A stretch of 64,000 bases of DNA from Geosiphon pyriformis uo1 (taxonomy: Eukaryota; Fungi; Glomeromycota): positions 219,266-283,265 of the forward strand of contig JAAOMT010000309.1 of NCBI GenBank assembly GCA_016748015.1. The letters run 5' to 3'. Of the stretch, positions 63,662-64,000 are shown piece by piece (position 1 is the first letter of the stretch; every line of letters begins with the position of its first letter). The notes under the pieces were generated by a model. It saw only the letters and a list, made by a program, of their open reading frames with translations, did not search any database and was not told the origin of the DNA. Position numbers and translations under genes: made by a program.

Positions 63662-64000
63662 GGGTCTCCCAATCTAGATTTGCATTGGCTTTGAGAAGCC
63701 AATCGTTTCCGACAAGAGCTTGATATTGAGGTGCATCCATGACCAGAACTTTGACTGAAATAGTGATTCCATCAATTGTGAAAGAGAAATTGTCAATTTC
63801 TCCTACTGGGGTCTTTTTCATACCATCAGCAGTGACAATAACTGTTTGGGCAGGTCTATCCACATTCCGGTGGAGCTGTTGCATCAGTTGGTAAGTGATG
63901 ATGCTTCCGGCGGATCCACTGTCTAAGATTAAGCGGATTTGTTTTCCTTCTACTTCAGCCTCCGTATACATAGCTGTAATTGCTTTTTGTTCATTGACAG
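63662..64000 (-). pseudogene. Aspartic protease fragment of a related gypsy family
   Basis: LILDSGSAGS..ALVGNDWL. Confidence 0.88.

Overview
This window is eukaryotic, very AT-rich repeat DNA on a gapped scaffold. I found no intact host gene, RNA gene or CRISPR array. The protein families resemble, from memory and unverified, those of Glomeromycotina fungi such as Geosiphon. Contents: (i) two duplicated copies of a dead two-ORF LINE (ORF1 RRM/CCHC; ORF2 APE-RT-RNase H-CCHC), plus a divergent LINE fragment and several nearly erased LINE relics; (ii) an ORF1-only, poly(A)-tailed retroelement (18530-20815, minus) that shares the LINE's 3' tail and stem-loop, i.e. a HAL1-like non-autonomous partner; (iii) three DNA-level copies of one ~10.2-kb Ty3/gypsy insertion (4-bp TSD CTGG) and an empty-site copy. 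The gypsy element carries unusual cargo: a Cys-rich multi-zinc region, a dUTPase and a second degenerate dUTPase-like domain between protease and RT, a possibly separate integrase ORF, a 243-codon ORF3 in the env position, and a 10-bp-periodic CpG array in U3; (iv) an 87-bp hairpin, present twice, that escapes mutation. In the stretches I compared, copies differ almost only by C:G->T:A transitions in all dinucleotide contexts, which suggests a RIP-like genome-defence process. The best candidates for undescribed biology are the HAL1-like LINE partner, the accessory-gene-laden gypsy element and the hypermutation process.
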